Of a stretch of DNA of 64,000 nucleotides, positions 39,404-49,729 are shown in pieces. The stretch comes from an uncultured bacterium (GTDB lineage: Bacteria; Zixibacteria; MSB-5A5; UBA10806): the NCBI GenBank assembly GCA_965541585.1, contig CBEUCH010000004.1:64001-128000 (forward strand), in the 5' to 3' direction. The notes under the pieces are model-generated. The model was given only the letters and a program-made list of their open reading frames with translations. It had not been told where the DNA came from and made no database searches. The first letter of the stretch is position 1, and every line of letters begins with the position of its first letter. Made by a program: the position numbers and the translations under genes.

Positions 39404-40798
39404 ATGGGAAAATTGACTTTCTACGGGGCCACCGGCACGACCACCGGTTCCAGATTTCTACTGGAACTGCATGGCAAGAAGATACTCGTTGATTGCGGGA
39501 TGTTTCAAGGGCCCAAAGCGAACCGATTGAAAAACTGGGATGAGTTTCCGGTACCGCCATCAGAAATAGACAAAATTCTCCTGACCCACGCGCATATCGA
39601 TCACTCCGGATATCTGCCACGCCTGTGCAGAGAGGGATTTTCGGGCTCTATACATTGCACCGATGCTACTCACGATCTCTGTGAGATCCTCTTAAAGGAC
39701 AGCGCTCATATTCAGGAAGAGGACGCCTACTGGGCGAATAAGAAGGGTTATTCCAAACATAAACAGGCGCAACCTCTTTACACCGTAAAAGACGCCAAAA
39801 AAACTCTTTCGCTTTTTTCTCCCTTACATTACGGAGAGGATTTTTACGATGACGATGTGGTGCGATTCAAGTTCAAAGATGCCGGTCATATACTGGGCTC
39901 CGCATTGATCGACATCAAGACAGGCGATAGCAATCAAGGCAAAAAGATTCTTTTCAGCGGGGATATCGGCAGACCCGACAAACAACTCTTAAGAGATCCC
40001 GTCCAGGTCTTCAATGTCGATTACCTGATCCTCGAATCCACCTACGGGGATCGACTGCACGCTGAGAGTTCGCCCGTCGACGAGCTTGCGAGAGTGATCC
40101 GGGAAAGTGTGGAACGAGGCGGTGTGTTGGTTATACCATCGTTTGCCGTGGGACGAACCCAGACGCTTCTTTATTTGATCAGGGAGCTGGAGGATCAGGG
40201 GAAAATTCCCTCGCTGCCGGTATATGTAGATTCTCCAATGGCCATAGATGTCACCGATATCTTCAGCAAGAGGATTTCGGATTTTGATATAACCAGCAGG
40301 GTCTTGACGCTGAAAGGGGTAAAGATATTTCATCCTGAGCAACTTCGTCTCTGCAAAACCAGGGAACAATCCAAAAACATAAATAAAATAGTAAGTCCGG
40401 CTATAATAATCTCCTCCAGCGGCATGGTCACCGGAGGCCGGATTCTTCACCATATGGTGCAGCGTCTGCCGCAATCGGAGAATACGATTTTGTTCATAGG
40501 TTATCAGGCATCCGGTACCCGCGGGCGGACAATTCTTGAAGGTCAACCGTCGGTGAAGATTCATGGACGTCAGATCCCTATCAAGGCAAGGGTGGAGAAG
40601 ATATCGGGATTCTCCGGTCATGCCGATTATAACGAGATCATGGCCTGGCTCATCGGTTTCGACAGGCCGCCGGAGAAAACGTTTATAGTCCATGGGGAGC
40701 CGGAGGCGTCGGCATCGCTGGCGGAGAAGATTAGAGATAAACTCGGCTGGGAGGTTGTTATACCGAAGTTTGGGGATAGTTTCGATCTGGAGATCTAA
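39404..40798 (+). CDS. Metallo-beta-lactamase/beta-CASP family nuclease
   Basis: THAHIDHSG, AGHILGS, ESTYG, FAVGRTQ, FSGHAD, VHGE. Confidence 0.92.
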   Translation: MGKLTFYGATGTTTGSRFLLELHGKKILVDCGMFQGPKANRLKNWDEFPVPPSEIDKILLTHAHIDHSGYLPRLCREGFSGSIHCTDATHDLCEILLKDSAHIQEEDAYWANKKGYSKHKQAQPLYTVKDAKKTLSLFSPLHYGEDFYDDDVVRFKFKDAGHILGSALIDIKTGDSNQGKKILFSGDIGRPDKQLLRDPVQVFNVDYLILESTYGDRLHAESSPVDELARVIRESVERGGVLVIPSFAVGRTQTLLYLIRELEDQGKIPSLPVYVDSPMAIDVTDIFSKRISDFDITSRVLTLKGVKIFHPEQLRLCKTREQSKNINKIVSPAIIISSSGMVTGGRILHHMVQRLPQSENTILFIGYQASGTRGRTILEGQPSVKIHGRQIPIKARVEKISGFSGHADYNEIMAWLIGFDRPPEKTFIVHGEPEASASLAEKIRDKLGWEVVIPKFGDSFDLEI

Positions 40799-40939
40799 TT
40801 TTTTGCCTTACTATTTTTCAAAGACGGTCATCATAGAAAAAAGATCCATTAACGCCGATTTTCTGGAACTCGATTGTCTTTCAAGGAGTATCATACAAAA
40901 GACCTGCAGGCAGGTTTTTTTTGATGCCGACACGAAAGG

Positions 40940-41281
40940 ATGACTTTCAGGAGGATTTTTGTGAATTTCAAAATGTATCTTTCCGCCGCACTCATCTTAC
41001 TGATTGCGATAGGCTGCGCGTCGACGACGAAATTACAGAAACAAGAGACCTGGGCCGATCTCGAGGTCAGAGTATATGAAGTTTACGGAATGAATTGTCC
41101 CGGCTGTCACGGCGGCGTGGAGAAACTCGTCAATAAAATCCCGTCAGTCTACGATTCGGAGGCCAACTGGGAGAAAAAGGAACTGAGAATAGCGGTTCGT
41201 CCGAATTCGACGCTCGATGACGAGGAAATTTTCGAGGCTATCCGGCGGGCGAATTTCACCGGCGGCGAAAGGATAATGTAG
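40940..41281 (+). CDS. Heavy-metal-associated (HMA) domain lipoprotein
   Basis: Lipobox-like IAIGC; GMNCPGC metal-binding motif. Start uncertain. Confidence 0.75.
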   Translation: MTFRRIFVNFKMYLSAALILLIAIGCASTTKLQKQETWADLEVRVYEVYGMNCPGCHGGVEKLVNKIPSVYDSEANWEKKELRIAVRPNSTLDDEEIFEAIRRANFTGGERIM

Positions 41282-41304
41282 TTATCCATTAGCTGCAATT
41301 AAGA

Positions 41305-42159
41305 ATGAGAACATACTTATTTATCATATTAACTGCTGCGATTGCGCTGAATACATCTCCCGATGTTATCCAGGCCGCCGGAATAAGCGTCGACGCGGGC
41401 CTGACCCCTTCGGAAGACCGATGGATATTCCGGCTACAGACCAGATATATGCATTCGACCGCACAAGCCCCGGGGATCAACCGCGAAATGAAGATGTATG
41501 TCGTCCCGGTAGTCGCCGTTTACGGGTTGCGCAATTACTTAACGTTGATGGCGAGGCAGACAATAGTCAGCCGAGAGATGTCGATGTCGGGTTCGAGCGA
41601 ACGGGAAAACGGTTTCGGCGATTTCTTCTTTCTGTTGAAATACAAGGCCTTCAGGGTGAATACGCCCGATTACACGTTGGGCATCTCTCCTACCATGGGG
41701 ATATCCGTTCCCACGGGAAATCAGGCTTTTACATCAGAGACCTGGGACCTAAACATGGGCGTATATGGTTCAGGCCGACGAGGGCGCTGGGCGACGGACT
41801 TGAATCTGGGCTATCGGGCGAACGGAGTTGCGGGCGAGCGCGCGGACAATATCGAAACGGGCGATGAGTTTTCGGCTGACTGGGCAGGGGCGTATCAGTT
41901 CAGTTATAATTCGACTTCGGAAACAACCGTGACTCCTGTCCTGGAGTTTTCCTTCAGGCGGGTCATGCCCGATGCTTTAAATGGTGTCGAGGTTACCGAT
42001 ACCGGTGAGAGGTTGTTTTATATATCGCCGGGCGCGAAGATATCCACCTCTTCGGTAATAGGGGAAGCACTCATCCTGATACCGGTCTGGCAGAATCAAG
42101 TCGGCGTCCAGCTTGAAAAAGAAATCGGTTTTATTGCCGGGATCAGGCTGCTTTTCTAA
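41305..42159 (+). CDS. Outer-membrane beta-barrel channel (MetA-pathway/phenol-degradation-like)
   Basis: Signal peptide, GFGD, SVPTG motifs, amphipathic strands, terminal Phe. Confidence 0.65.
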   Translation: MRTYLFIILTAAIALNTSPDVIQAAGISVDAGLTPSEDRWIFRLQTRYMHSTAQAPGINREMKMYVVPVVAVYGLRNYLTLMARQTIVSREMSMSGSSERENGFGDFFFLLKYKAFRVNTPDYTLGISPTMGISVPTGNQAFTSETWDLNMGVYGSGRRGRWATDLNLGYRANGVAGERADNIETGDEFSADWAGAYQFSYNSTSETTVTPVLEFSFRRVMPDALNGVEVTDTGERLFYISPGAKISTSSVIGEALILIPVWQNQVGVQLEKEIGFIAGIRLLF

Positions 42160-42362
42160 CGAGGATTATCAAAAGTAAGAAATTTCCTATAAGCCTAATA
42201 GTTCGTGAAGCATCACCACCATACCTGACGGCCGTCGGTATATCATTAGTTTGATTATAACATTGTCCTTGACACTCATATAATTTTTATATTATTTTAC
42301 TGAGTACTTGAAATATTACTCTCATCAGGTTTAGAGACGCCAAATGAATACAGGGGAATTAA

Positions 42363-42926
42363 ATGTATCACGAAATTAAATCTTTTTGTACGGCTTTACC
42401 GCTTATCATCGTTATAGCGACATTAAGTTGTAGCGATTCCGAGAATGGGCAGCTCGTGAATTCGCTTTACATGTATACACCGCATGTTTCTGATATCATG
42501 TTTACGGATAATATTGGAAACGAAATCGGCGAATGGGGCAATCCATCTGACGAAGTTGTAGCCTACCCTAATCCATTTGATTCATCCACGACAATCGGTT
42601 TCTACCTTTCTGAGGCGTCAGAGGTAAAGGTCTGGATTGTACACGCCATAGGACCGGGGGAAACCGATTGGAATATTGCCAGTTTGATGGGTGCTCAAAT
42701 ATTTGTGCTCGGCGGGGCACCCGTGGTCACGCTCTTTGATTCAGTACTGCCAGCTGGAGGGCATGATCTTGAGTGGGATGGGAGAAATAATCTTGGACGT
42801 CGCCTACAAAGCGGCTTTTATCGGATCTACGTTTTGGCGGGTTATGAGTTTGCGTGGGCAGACATACTGCTAATGCGTGACTGCTCAGAAATTGTTTCCG
42901 CTCCAATGATACCAGGATGCGATTAG
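42363..42926 (+). CDS. Lipoprotein with FlgD-Ig/T9SS-CTD-like domain
   Basis: LSC lipobox; AYPNPF...TTIGFYL and WDGRNNLGRRLQSGFY. Confidence 0.65.
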   Translation: MYHEIKSFCTALPLIIVIATLSCSDSENGQLVNSLYMYTPHVSDIMFTDNIGNEIGEWGNPSDEVVAYPNPFDSSTTIGFYLSEASEVKVWIVHAIGPGETDWNIASLMGAQIFVLGGAPVVTLFDSVLPAGGHDLEWDGRNNLGRRLQSGFYRIYVLAGYEFAWADILLMRDCSEIVSAPMIPGCD

Positions 42927-42966
42927 ATTATTCCGTAAGAACTCTCTATTCAAAAAGGAGGATCTT

Positions 42967-43485
42967 TTGAATTATTTGAGAATTTTCGCTAAAAAACCGG
43001 TCATCCTTCTTGTGGTGTTGCTTACTGCTTTTGCTACTGCAATAGCGGATGATGTTATTGAACATGGCCGAATAGGTCTTAGCGCCTCACTGCAGGGAGG
43101 CCAGCTCGACATACTCTTGCCATCTTGGCTCAGTAACGAATTTGTAATAATACCTGCATTTGGTTTGACACATGTCGCTGATGCGGCCGATGATATTCGC
43201 GTAGGTGTCGCATTTCGCTATAACTTCCGAAAGGGAACATCCGTTCCTTATCTGGGGGCTCGTTTTGCTTTCTTAATGCTGCTACCCGAGAGTGGAGACA
43301 GCCAGACTGATATTGTTGCAGGGCCATTCTTTGGTGGAGAATATTTTATAAACAAGCATTTCAGCTTCGGTGTGGAGGGTCAGATAAATGCAGCAAAGTC
43401 GGCTGAAGATTCTTTTCGTTTCAATAACCCCAATAAAACAAACATCAACACAGCTGCCGCTATATTTGGCACCTTTTACTTTTAA
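42967..43485 (+). CDS. Small outer-membrane beta-barrel protein
   Basis: Signal peptide, PYLG, GGEYF..HFSFGVE, terminal FYF. Confidence 0.7.
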   Translation: MNYLRIFAKKPVILLVVLLTAFATAIADDVIEHGRIGLSASLQGGQLDILLPSWLSNEFVIIPAFGLTHVADAADDIRVGVAFRYNFRKGTSVPYLGARFAFLMLLPESGDSQTDIVAGPFFGGEYFINKHFSFGVEGQINAAKSAEDSFRFNNPNKTNINTAAAIFGTFYF

Positions 43486-43533
43486 TTCTCGAACCAGTTC
43501 CCAATACCTGAATTGGGTCAAATTGTTGAAACT

Positions 43534-45114
43534 CTACCACCATACCTGCCTGCCGTCTTCTATTGTAAAGATCCGCTCCTCTTTATCGGAATCTGTGGCC
43601 ACCAGCCAGTAGAGACATCCGGCGGGGATACTATCGAACACCAAAGGCTTATTTTCGGCGACAGATTTCGCCAGTGTCTGCCAGCCATCGCTCCAGTAAA
43701 ATAGTTCATACTCCTGCCCGGTAGTCAGGAAAGTCTCTACAATGCCATCGGTCGAGATCTCCTGTTTGCGCCGGGTGGTGGAGATCAGCTGAACAGGTTG
43801 CTTATTTGAATCATCCGGCTCTAATTCGGCAAGAATACCATCTATATCGAGAATGAATGGCGATCCGAATGGCATGATCTCCTCATTGATATAAAGCGCC
43901 GGCAGATAGGCGATATCCCTGCCCATATCGGTGAAGGTCGCAGAACCGTTTTCGATTTTGCCCCAATGGATCGGTTTCCATTCACCGGTGTTGAATACGC
44001 ACAGGTATGCGATATCGACCGAGTCCGGAATCTCTCGTTTGAATTCCAACGTAACATCGAGGGCATCTGTATAATCCGCGGTCACGTCAATATAACTCTT
44101 GCGGGCAAGCCAGCGTGGTATCTTCTCCTGTTTCCTCTCCTGAAAAACGAGATTGTTCATTTGTATGCTGAATGTCTTGCGATAGACCTTGGCCAGTTTG
44201 TTGGCCAGGCGATACTGTCCCGGGTTACTCTCAGCCCCCATAAACGGAATCACCTTGCCGTCGGGCGTAACGATGGCGTTCCAGGCATGGTTATTCCCGG
44301 AGTTGGCCCAGTAGGGCGTATAATCGCTGGTGACCGCCAGACCGTTGGCACGCATGGCGTAGATAGCCAGGTTGGTCATATCCTCGCATCGCCCCAGCTT
44401 ATTCTCGATCATCTCTGACAGCCCCTGGTCGGTGGGATGATAGTAAAATCGAGGGTCGAACCCAAACCAGGATTTGACATCGTCATTGATCAACGCCGCC
44501 GCCTCGATCGGATCGGACTGGTCGGTCATCTTTGTAGCTATATCTTTATATTTTTCCAAAAAAGTCTCGCGCCAATCTTCCAAGGGCTCGTTGCTGCCGC
44601 GATACGGCAGGATGTATTCACAGAATTGTTCGAATGAAAAATCTCTTGACCATGGTCTCTGACGCCAGGCCGCGAATGCGAAATCTATCTGGTTGATTAG
44701 AAATTCACCGGTGATGATGTTGAAATCGTACATCATTTCCTTTTTTTCAAAATCGAGTTCCCCGTGCCTGGATTCCAGGGTGTCCACGGCTGCTTTCAAG
44801 GCCTCGTAATCGGAATAATCGAGCACATTGAAATCGACCTTTGCCCCCGCTGAGTCGATCATATCGTATATTACGTAGCCGTGGCCTTCCATGTTGGCAA
44901 TCAGATAATATGCTGCTTCCAGTTTCAGTGAATCACCGCCGGATGAGTAGTGGGACAGGACTTTCTCCAACTCGCCACGATTCTCGCCCGCCGCCTCCAG
45001 AGCCTCGACCACCGGCTGCGGATACGCGCCTGCCTGAGCAAAGACCGATACATACAAAAAAGTCATTAACAGCGAAAAAATAATACCATATTCTCTGAGC
45101 ATCCTTACCTCCAT
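43534..45114 (-). CDS. Secreted transglutaminase-like domain protein
   Basis: Signal peptide; AGENRGEL, YILPYR..EPL, GRCED (Cys) and HAWN (His). Confidence 0.75.
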   Translation of the reverse strand: MEVRMLREYGIIFSLLMTFLYVSVFAQAGAYPQPVVEALEAAGENRGELEKVLSHYSSGGDSLKLEAAYYLIANMEGHGYVIYDMIDSAGAKVDFNVLDYSDYEALKAAVDTLESRHGELDFEKKEMMYDFNIITGEFLINQIDFAFAAWRQRPWSRDFSFEQFCEYILPYRGSNEPLEDWRETFLEKYKDIATKMTDQSDPIEAAALINDDVKSWFGFDPRFYYHPTDQGLSEMIENKLGRCEDMTNLAIYAMRANGLAVTSDYTPYWANSGNNHAWNAIVTPDGKVIPFMGAESNPGQYRLANKLAKVYRKTFSIQMNNLVFQERKQEKIPRWLARKSYIDVTADYTDALDVTLEFKREIPDSVDIAYLCVFNTGEWKPIHWGKIENGSATFTDMGRDIAYLPALYINEEIMPFGSPFILDIDGILAELEPDDSNKQPVQLISTTRRKQEISTDGIVETFLTTGQEYELFYWSDGWQTLAKSVAENKPLVFDSIPAGCLYWLVATDSDKEERIFTIEDGRQVWW

Positions 45115-45151
45115 ATTATCTGAAAAATATCATGGTCAGCGTCATTAAAAG

Positions 45152-46312
45152 CTATTCGCCCTCTCCATAAGTTCCAAGCGTTTTCCCTGCCGAAGCTTTT
45201 TCGCCGGTTGTCTCGAATGAAAAAAGTAAAAATGGAAGCGCAAAAGAGAAATAGGAAATATCGAATCTATCTCCCAGAACCGATTCGGTCAGGCCGAAAT
45301 TGATTATCGAGATAACAAACGCAACAAACACAACGCCAAAAAGCATCACCGAAATTGCCGTATAGATACCTTTGAGGGATTTAATACCTAATCCGCATGC
45401 GACCGAAGCAATGATCGCCAGAATGAAAACCCAAACCGGTATATATGATAATTGAATGACGAACGGCCCCGATTCGACAAAACGCTTCGCATCCCATATC
45501 AGAAAAGGCGCCAGAGTGAGAACGAAGCCGGCCAGCATCGAAACAATAAAAAAACCGTATCTGAATCGATCTCTTCTGATCGCAAATAAAAAGAAGATAA
45601 TATAAATAAGAAACACAACTCCCCTGGTGGAGAGCAATAATCCTCCTGCTATCCCCAACAATATGGGAGAAATATATTCTCTTTTGCGGTTGTATAACTG
45701 GAAAATCGTAAGATACAGCATAATCATAACCATGTTACTGAAAAGATCGCTGCGGACGACAATTTCAAACAGGAATATCGGCGCAGCCATCAGCAAAAGG
45801 ATAATACGAAATCTGGAGAGATCGCTTTCCCTGTGCCCGAGATGAACGATAATAGCAAAAACCAAAAAGCTGAATATCTGGAAAAATCCAATATCCCCGA
45901 GAATATAGAAGGGAACTGCCAGTATAAAAAGGAATGGGAAACCGGAAGGATTGACACCGGACGCATACGGAAATTCACCGCTCAGCAACCTTGTTATCCA
46001 TTCGTACATGGCCGGGTATCGTCCCACGGCGATCTTCGCAGGGTCGAATTGCAGCATAATTACGGTCAGAACGCATGCGGAAAAGAAAACCAGCGAGAAG
46101 TAAATTCTATTCTGAACGTTTGCGGATAGATTTATCTCATTGTCTCTTAGCGAAAAATACAAAACCGTAATTATGATCCCGAGGTAGATCAAGGCTGATA
46201 TAACCGGGTATGGCAGATAATCGGAGGCATACTTCCATACGAATAATATGTTCATGAAAATATAAATGCACGCTCTAATAAGGTTGGCGGTTGAGATCTT
46301 TCCGATTGTCAT
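45152..46312 (-). CDS. Polytopic membrane protein, possibly GT-C fold
   Basis: About ten hydrophobic segments; GEFPY..PSGFP loop. Confidence 0.55.
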   Translation of the reverse strand: MTIGKISTANLIRACIYIFMNILFVWKYASDYLPYPVISALIYLGIIITVLYFSLRDNEINLSANVQNRIYFSLVFFSACVLTVIMLQFDPAKIAVGRYPAMYEWITRLLSGEFPYASGVNPSGFPFLFILAVPFYILGDIGFFQIFSFLVFAIIVHLGHRESDLSRFRIILLLMAAPIFLFEIVVRSDLFSNMVMIMLYLTIFQLYNRKREYISPILLGIAGGLLLSTRGVVFLIYIIFFLFAIRRDRFRYGFFIVSMLAGFVLTLAPFLIWDAKRFVESGPFVIQLSYIPVWVFILAIIASVACGLGIKSLKGIYTAISVMLFGVVFVAFVISIINFGLTESVLGDRFDISYFSFALPFLLFSFETTGEKASAGKTLGTYGEGE

Positions 46313-46589
46313 GCCTTAATTCAATCCGGTCGAGTTCTCCTTCCCCGGCAATCTAACGGAAATACCAGGGCTCTACAAGGGCTTTATGCGGTATAATTTC
46401 CGGAGGGTCTTTTCTCTGGTGATGTGGCTTATAACCGGGAAACATCTCATTCAAAAGAGGCGTTTTAGATCTGTAAATCAAATCGCACGCTGTGGGAGAT
46501 TCAGGAGGAGCTGAGTTCGGGATTGCTAAAAGATCGGTCTTGTTATAAATAACAACGGAAGTTTGATAATTTGAGCTATGAGAGGTGAC

Positions 46590-48242
46590 ATGAAAGTATC
46601 TGATCTGGTTATAAGCTGTCTGGAAGCCGAGGGGGTCAAATATGTCTTTGGGCTTCCCGGTGAGGAGACGGAGGATCTGCTTTTTTCGCTGGAGAAATCG
46701 CCGATAAAATTCGTTCCAGTTCGGTTGGAGTTGGGAGCTTCGTTCATGGCCAATGTCTACGGCCGGATCACCGGCAAAGCGGGGGTCTGCCTTTCCACGC
46801 TGGGCCCGGGGGCTACTAATATGATAACGGGGACGGCGGATGCTCATCTCGACAAGGCCCCGCTGGTGGCCATTACGGGGCAAGGTAGTTCAGCCCGTGT
46901 TCATAAGGAGAGCCATCAGAATATTGATATCATCTCCATGTTCAAGCCGATTACCAAGTGGAACGCCAGTATCCAGAATCCGCATGTAGTGACCGAGGTT
47001 GTGCGCAAAGCCTTCAAGCTGGCCGAGATGGAAAAGCCGGGAGCCACTCAATTCGAGTTGCCGGAGGATGTGGCCAAGATGGAGTGTATGCATGAACCGA
47101 TTCCGCCAAGGCGGCTGAGAAGGGCAGCGCCCGACTATAAGGCATTAGATGAAGCTTACAGATTGTTGAAAAAATGTAAATTCCCTCTTATCCTGGCGGG
47201 CAACGGTGCCATCCGTAAAATGGCCTCGCGGCATCTAAGGCAATTCGTTGCGGACACTCATATCCCGGTCGTCTCGACTTATATGGGGAAAGGAGCTATA
47301 TCCGACAAGGACGACCATTCCCTTTTCACTGTGGGCCTGCAGGCCAGGGATTTTGTCATGCATGCTTTCGATAAGGCAGATCTGATCATAACGGTCGGAT
47401 ATGATATTGCGGAGTACGCGCCGGAGTTCTGGAACCCCGGCAAGGATAATAAAATTATCCATATCGATTTTCTGCCGGCCGAGGTCTATGAATTTTACCA
47501 GCCCGAGGTGGAGATAGTCTCAGACGTATCGGGCGCTCTATGGGCGTTAAATAAGAGAGTCTCCGAGGAGAATCTCGTCTTCGACGGGGAATGGTATCAG
47601 CCGCTTAGAAAACATATCTTAGACGATTTCAAATCATACAGGCTGAAGGAGGGCGACGATTTCACAGTCCCGGGGACGCTGCATATAATCCGGGAATTCA
47701 TGAATCCCGGGGATATTCTGATCTCGGATGTCGGTAGTCATAAGATCTGGGTAGGACGAAACTACCCGGTGTATGAGCCGAATTCGGTTTTGATATCCAA
47801 CGGTCTGGCCAGCATGGGGATCGCTCTGCCGGGAGGAATTGCAGCAAAGCTGGCCAAGCCGAATAAGCAGGTCGTGACGGTTATGGGCGACGGTGGCTTC
47901 CTCATGAATTCCCAGGAAATAGAAACCGCCAAGAGAATAGGCGTAGGTTTTACCATTGTAGTCTTTAATGACAATGATTATGGCTTGATCTCATGGAAAC
48001 AAACCGGCCATACCGGCAAAACTTTCGGGACCGGTCTGACAAATCCGGATTTTAAAAAATACGCGGAAAGTTTCGGGATCAAAGGTTATGCTCCCAAGAC
48101 TCTCGGGGAGTTGAGGAATAATCTGAAGGAGGCGATCACCAGCCAGGAGTTGTGTCTGGTGGAGATTCCGATTCAGCCGGAGGTTAATTATCAACTGAGC
48201 AAAAAACTCAAAAGCGATAGATTCGAATTTGGTGAAACATAG
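46590..48242 (+). CDS. TPP-dependent acetolactate-synthase-like enzyme, probable 2-oxoglutarate decarboxylase
   Basis: FGLPGEE, STLGPGATN, HKESHQ, GDGGFLMNSQE; followed by an aldehyde dehydrogenase rather than ilvN. Confidence 0.8.
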   Translation: MKVSDLVISCLEAEGVKYVFGLPGEETEDLLFSLEKSPIKFVPVRLELGASFMANVYGRITGKAGVCLSTLGPGATNMITGTADAHLDKAPLVAITGQGSSARVHKESHQNIDIISMFKPITKWNASIQNPHVVTEVVRKAFKLAEMEKPGATQFELPEDVAKMECMHEPIPPRRLRRAAPDYKALDEAYRLLKKCKFPLILAGNGAIRKMASRHLRQFVADTHIPVVSTYMGKGAISDKDDHSLFTVGLQARDFVMHAFDKADLIITVGYDIAEYAPEFWNPGKDNKIIHIDFLPAEVYEFYQPEVEIVSDVSGALWALNKRVSEENLVFDGEWYQPLRKHILDDFKSYRLKEGDDFTVPGTLHIIREFMNPGDILISDVGSHKIWVGRNYPVYEPNSVLISNGLASMGIALPGGIAAKLAKPNKQVVTVMGDGGFLMNSQEIETAKRIGVGFTIVVFNDNDYGLISWKQTGHTGKTFGTGLTNPDFKKYAESFGIKGYAPKTLGELRNNLKEAITSQELCLVEIPIQPEVNYQLSKKLKSDRFEFGET

Positions 48243-48257
48243 GATGGCGAGGTTTCT

Positions 48258-49616
48258 ATGAGGGCGATAAATCCTGCGACGGATGAACTGATAAAAGATT
48301 ATAAGGAGCATACACCGAAGGAAGTCGAGCGGATAATCGAAACAACCGAAAAAGACTATCTGAGGTGGCGCGAGGTATCTTTCGCCGAACGCAGCGGTTT
48401 GATGCTGAAGGCTGCCGAAATCCTGAGAGTGAAAAAGGACGATTACGCTCGCACCATTACAACTGAAATGGGCAAAGTTATTACCGAATCCCGGGCCGAG
48501 GTTGAGAAGTGCGCCTCGGTTTGCGAGTATTACGCCGAAAACGCCGAGAGATTCCTGGCAGACGAGACAATAGAAAGCGACGCCGGCAGGAGTTTCGTGG
48601 CTTTTCAGCCGCTGGGAATAATCCTGGCGGTCATGCCCTGGAATTTTCCGTTCTGGCAGGTATTTCGTTTCGCCGCCCCGACACTGATGGCCGGCAATGC
48701 CGGTGTCCTGAAGCACGCCTCCAACGTGCCCGGATCGGCTCTGGCTATAGAGGAGGTTTTCAGAGAGGCCGGGTTCCCGCAAAACATTTTCAGAACGTTG
48801 TTGATTCCCGCAGCTCAGGTAGAGGATGTCATAAAAAACGTGAATATAAAAGCGGTCACCCTTACGGGGAGCGAATCGGCGGGGAGCCAGGTGGCTTCCA
48901 TAGCCGGCCGTGAGCTTAAGAAAACCCTCTTAGAACTGGGAGGATCGGACCCGTATATCGTTCTCGACGATGCTGATATCGAAGCCTGTGTGAATACTTC
49001 CGTAAAGGCCAGGATGATCAACGTCGGGCAGAGCTGTATCGCCGCTAAAAGGTTTATCGTGGTGGCACCGTTGGTGGAAAAATTCGAAAAAGAGCAGACC
49101 CGTATCATGAAAGCTTTGAAAATCGGCGATCCCCTTTTGGAGGATACCCAGGTGGGCTCCATGGCCCGCATGGATCTGCTGGAGGAACTGGACGACCAGG
49201 TTCAGAGATCGATTAAATCCGGCGCCAGGCTTCTCTGCGGCGGAAAAAAGGCCGATAGAAAGGGAGCATTCTATCTGCCCACCGTGCTGACTGATGTGAA
49301 AAAGGGCATGGCTGCTTACGAGCAGGAGACGTTCGGCCCGGTTTCCGCGATTATTCCGGTTAAAGACGCCGACGAAGCCGTGGCCGTGGCCAATGATTCC
49401 GAGTTCGGGCTGGGGGGATCCGTCTGGTCCCGCGATATCGAAAAGGCGGAATCCGTAGCACGCAGGATAGAATCCGGAGCTGTGTTTATCAACGGTATGA
49501 CCAAGTCCGATCCGCGTCTACCGTTTGGCGGCGTGAAAAGATCCGGCTACGGACGGGAGCTCTCCCACTATGGTATCAAGGAGTTTGTCAACGTAAAGAC
49601 CATCTGGATCGCTTAG
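48258..49616 (+). CDS. NAD(P)-dependent succinate-semialdehyde dehydrogenase-type ALDH
   Basis: MPWNFPFWQ, LKHASN, TLTGS, LELGGSD, GQSCIAAKR, ETFGP. Confidence 0.88.
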   Translation: MRAINPATDELIKDYKEHTPKEVERIIETTEKDYLRWREVSFAERSGLMLKAAEILRVKKDDYARTITTEMGKVITESRAEVEKCASVCEYYAENAERFLADETIESDAGRSFVAFQPLGIILAVMPWNFPFWQVFRFAAPTLMAGNAGVLKHASNVPGSALAIEEVFREAGFPQNIFRTLLIPAAQVEDVIKNVNIKAVTLTGSESAGSQVASIAGRELKKTLLELGGSDPYIVLDDADIEACVNTSVKARMINVGQSCIAAKRFIVVAPLVEKFEKEQTRIMKALKIGDPLLEDTQVGSMARMDLLEELDDQVQRSIKSGARLLCGGKKADRKGAFYLPTVLTDVKKGMAAYEQETFGPVSAIIPVKDADEAVAVANDSEFGLGGSVWSRDIEKAESVARRIESGAVFINGMTKSDPRLPFGGVKRSGYGRELSHYGIKEFVNVKTIWIA

Positions 49617-49729
49617 GCGACAGGTTTTCGATGCATTTTAAGCTGCTCGCGTAGAAGAAACCATTGTCAGGTGAGAAACATCATTATTGAATTCCCGCCA
49701 TATCTCTTTAAATTAGTATCGAACCGTTC

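Noticed and set aside
40940..41281. CPGCH as a heme c attachment site
   Set aside because: The context GMNCPGC and domain size fit an HMA fold better.
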